Source: Elainellaceae cyanobacterium (GTDB lineage Bacteria > Cyanobacteriota > Cyanobacteriia > CAZCXK01). From it: 19,010 bases of DNA. The notes under the pieces were generated by a model. That model worked only from the letters and a program-made list of their open reading frames with translations. It did not search any database and was not told where the DNA came from. The position numbers were made by a program, and so were the translations under genes. The stretch's first letter is position 1. Each line of letters opens with the position of its first letter. The stretch lies in contig JBNPEG010000043.1 in assembly GCA_051117555.1 (NCBI GenBank), positions 1 to 19,010 of the forward strand. The letters run 5' to 3'. Below, piece after piece: positions 17,875-19,010 of this stretch.

Positions 17875-18873
17875 ATGATCAATTTAGATCCTGATGCTCT
17901 AAGAGAAGCTTATGAGAAACAAAGGCCTTTGTATAAGGAATTTGCTTCTTATGTATGTGATGTTCTTGACCGAGAGATTCGTCAAAGAAATATAAGAGTT
18001 CTCAGTGTTAAACATAGGGCAAAAGAGGTAGAAAGTTTCGTAAGAAAGGCACTTCGACAACAATATTTCTCTCCTATCAATGAAATAACAGATAAGGCTG
18101 GTGTTCGAGTAACAACCGTATATCTGAATAGTTTAAAGCACATTTCTAATCTAGTCTCTGAAAAGTTTTTAGTGCACAAACATGAAGATAAAAGATTAAG
18201 CCTAAACCCTCACGAGTTGGGATACCTTGGAATACATTTTGAAGTGAGCTTAAAGACTGACGAATTTCAGTGTGATGTTGCACATGAAAAATATAAGGAT
18301 TTGATCTGCGAAATCCAACTACACACTCAAGCACAAAATCTCTGGGCTGGTGTGTCTCATGAGTTGTTGTACAAGCCTGTAGATCAAGAACTCTCTATTC
18401 AAACAAAGAGAGATATATTCCGACTCATTGCCCTTGTCGAAATTTTTGATAACGAGATTGAAAATGCAAGAGAAGAAATGTCTAAAGCAATGTCTGATGA
18501 GAGCTATCCACAAGAAATCAAGATCCTGAGGAAGCTGGAGGAGTATTTTCGCAGGTTTACTGATAAGCCTTTTGACAAGGAACTCTCTGCTAAAATTATT
18601 AATAGGCTTATGATGACATTTGAATCTCAAAAAACATCTGAAATTGATTCGACGCTAGATGAGTTCATTGAATCGAAAAAAGATAAGATAAAAGAAATTT
18701 TTGATGACTATTCGGATGATGAAAGACGTAATCCTCTGCTATTTCAACCGGAAAGTTTGCTAATATTTGAACGATTAGAACATAATAGCTTTTTGTTGAA
18801 GGAGATTTGGAATCAGTTCTTCCCACTTCGTTTACTAGAGTCCTTTGGAGCCATTTGGGGCGTTCGCGTTTAG
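17875..18873 (+). CDS. RelA/SpoT synthetase-domain protein (small alarmone synthetase-like) with C-terminal extension
   Basis: HRAKEVESFVRK, ITDKAGVRV, GYLGIH and CEIQLHT...WAGVSHELLYK map onto the synthetase motifs RxKxxxSxxxK, DxxGxR, GYxxxH and ExQxRT...WA...H...YK. No HD hydrolase domain. Start is ATG 17875 or TTG 17839. Confidence 0.88.
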   Translation: MINLDPDALREAYEKQRPLYKEFASYVCDVLDREIRQRNIRVLSVKHRAKEVESFVRKALRQQYFSPINEITDKAGVRVTTVYLNSLKHISNLVSEKFLVHKHEDKRLSLNPHELGYLGIHFEVSLKTDEFQCDVAHEKYKDLICEIQLHTQAQNLWAGVSHELLYKPVDQELSIQTKRDIFRLIALVEIFDNEIENAREEMSKAMSDESYPQEIKILRKLEEYFRRFTDKPFDKELSAKIINRLMMTFESQKTSEIDSTLDEFIESKKDKIKEIFDDYSDDERRNPLLFQPESLLIFERLEHNSFLLKEIWNQFFPLRLLESFGAIWGVRV

Positions 18874-18885
18874 ATAATCTGTCTC

Positions 18886-19010
18886 GGGAGCATGTCAGGT
18901 TTGCAGAATTGAGCGAAAGCGTTGAGGATAGAGCTATCGTGACACTGGGTAGCAACATGACTCCGGAGCAAAAGGCCCAACTGCAACCGCATCTCGATGC
19001 TATCGCCAAA
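18886..19010 (+). mobile_element. Left end of ISKra4-family (IS256-related) insertion sequence, transposase ORF starting at 18957
   Basis: GGGAGCATGTCAG terminus followed by MTPEQKAQLQPHLDAIAK, resembling the N-terminus of cyanobacterial ISKra4-type transposases. Only 125 bp are visible. Confidence 0.62.

Noticed and set aside
18665..19009. 114-aa minus-strand ORF
   Set aside because: Antisense to the synthetase 3' end and the IS end, with no recognisable motifs.

Overview
Cyanobacterial chromosomal window. The HIP1 octamer GCGATCGC occurs more than 20 times in the first 16.7 kb, and heptamer STRR and REP-like intergenic repeats are present. The core part holds a DUF433/DUF5615-PIN toxin-antitoxin pair (cut by the left edge), a CNNM/CorC-type CBS membrane protein, a DUF1499 protein, a polysaccharide deacetylase-phosphodiester glycosidase fusion, the Form IB Rubisco operon rbcL-rbcX-rbcS, a DUF6745 protein, lemA with a TPR-DUF3137 gene, an orphan Roadblock-like gene and glmS. 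Downstream of glmS is an accessory patchwork: a UPF0175 antitoxin with a truncated DUF3368 PIN toxin, a three-layer nested repeat/MITE, a small ORF behind a promoter and a ~170-nt foldable leader, a 21-bp tandem array, an orphan antitoxin-like gene, an AT-rich HIP1-free two-gene cassette, and the left end of an ISKra4-like element. The cassette encodes an NA37/YejK nucleoid-associated protein and a RelA/SpoT synthetase-only protein with altered motifs and an extra C-terminal domain. It is the best candidate for an uncharacterised (probably anti-phage) system. The structured leader RNA, the two 21-bp arrays and a possible three-way junction over the glmS RBS are next. All family calls come from motif recognition by eye; no database searches were run.
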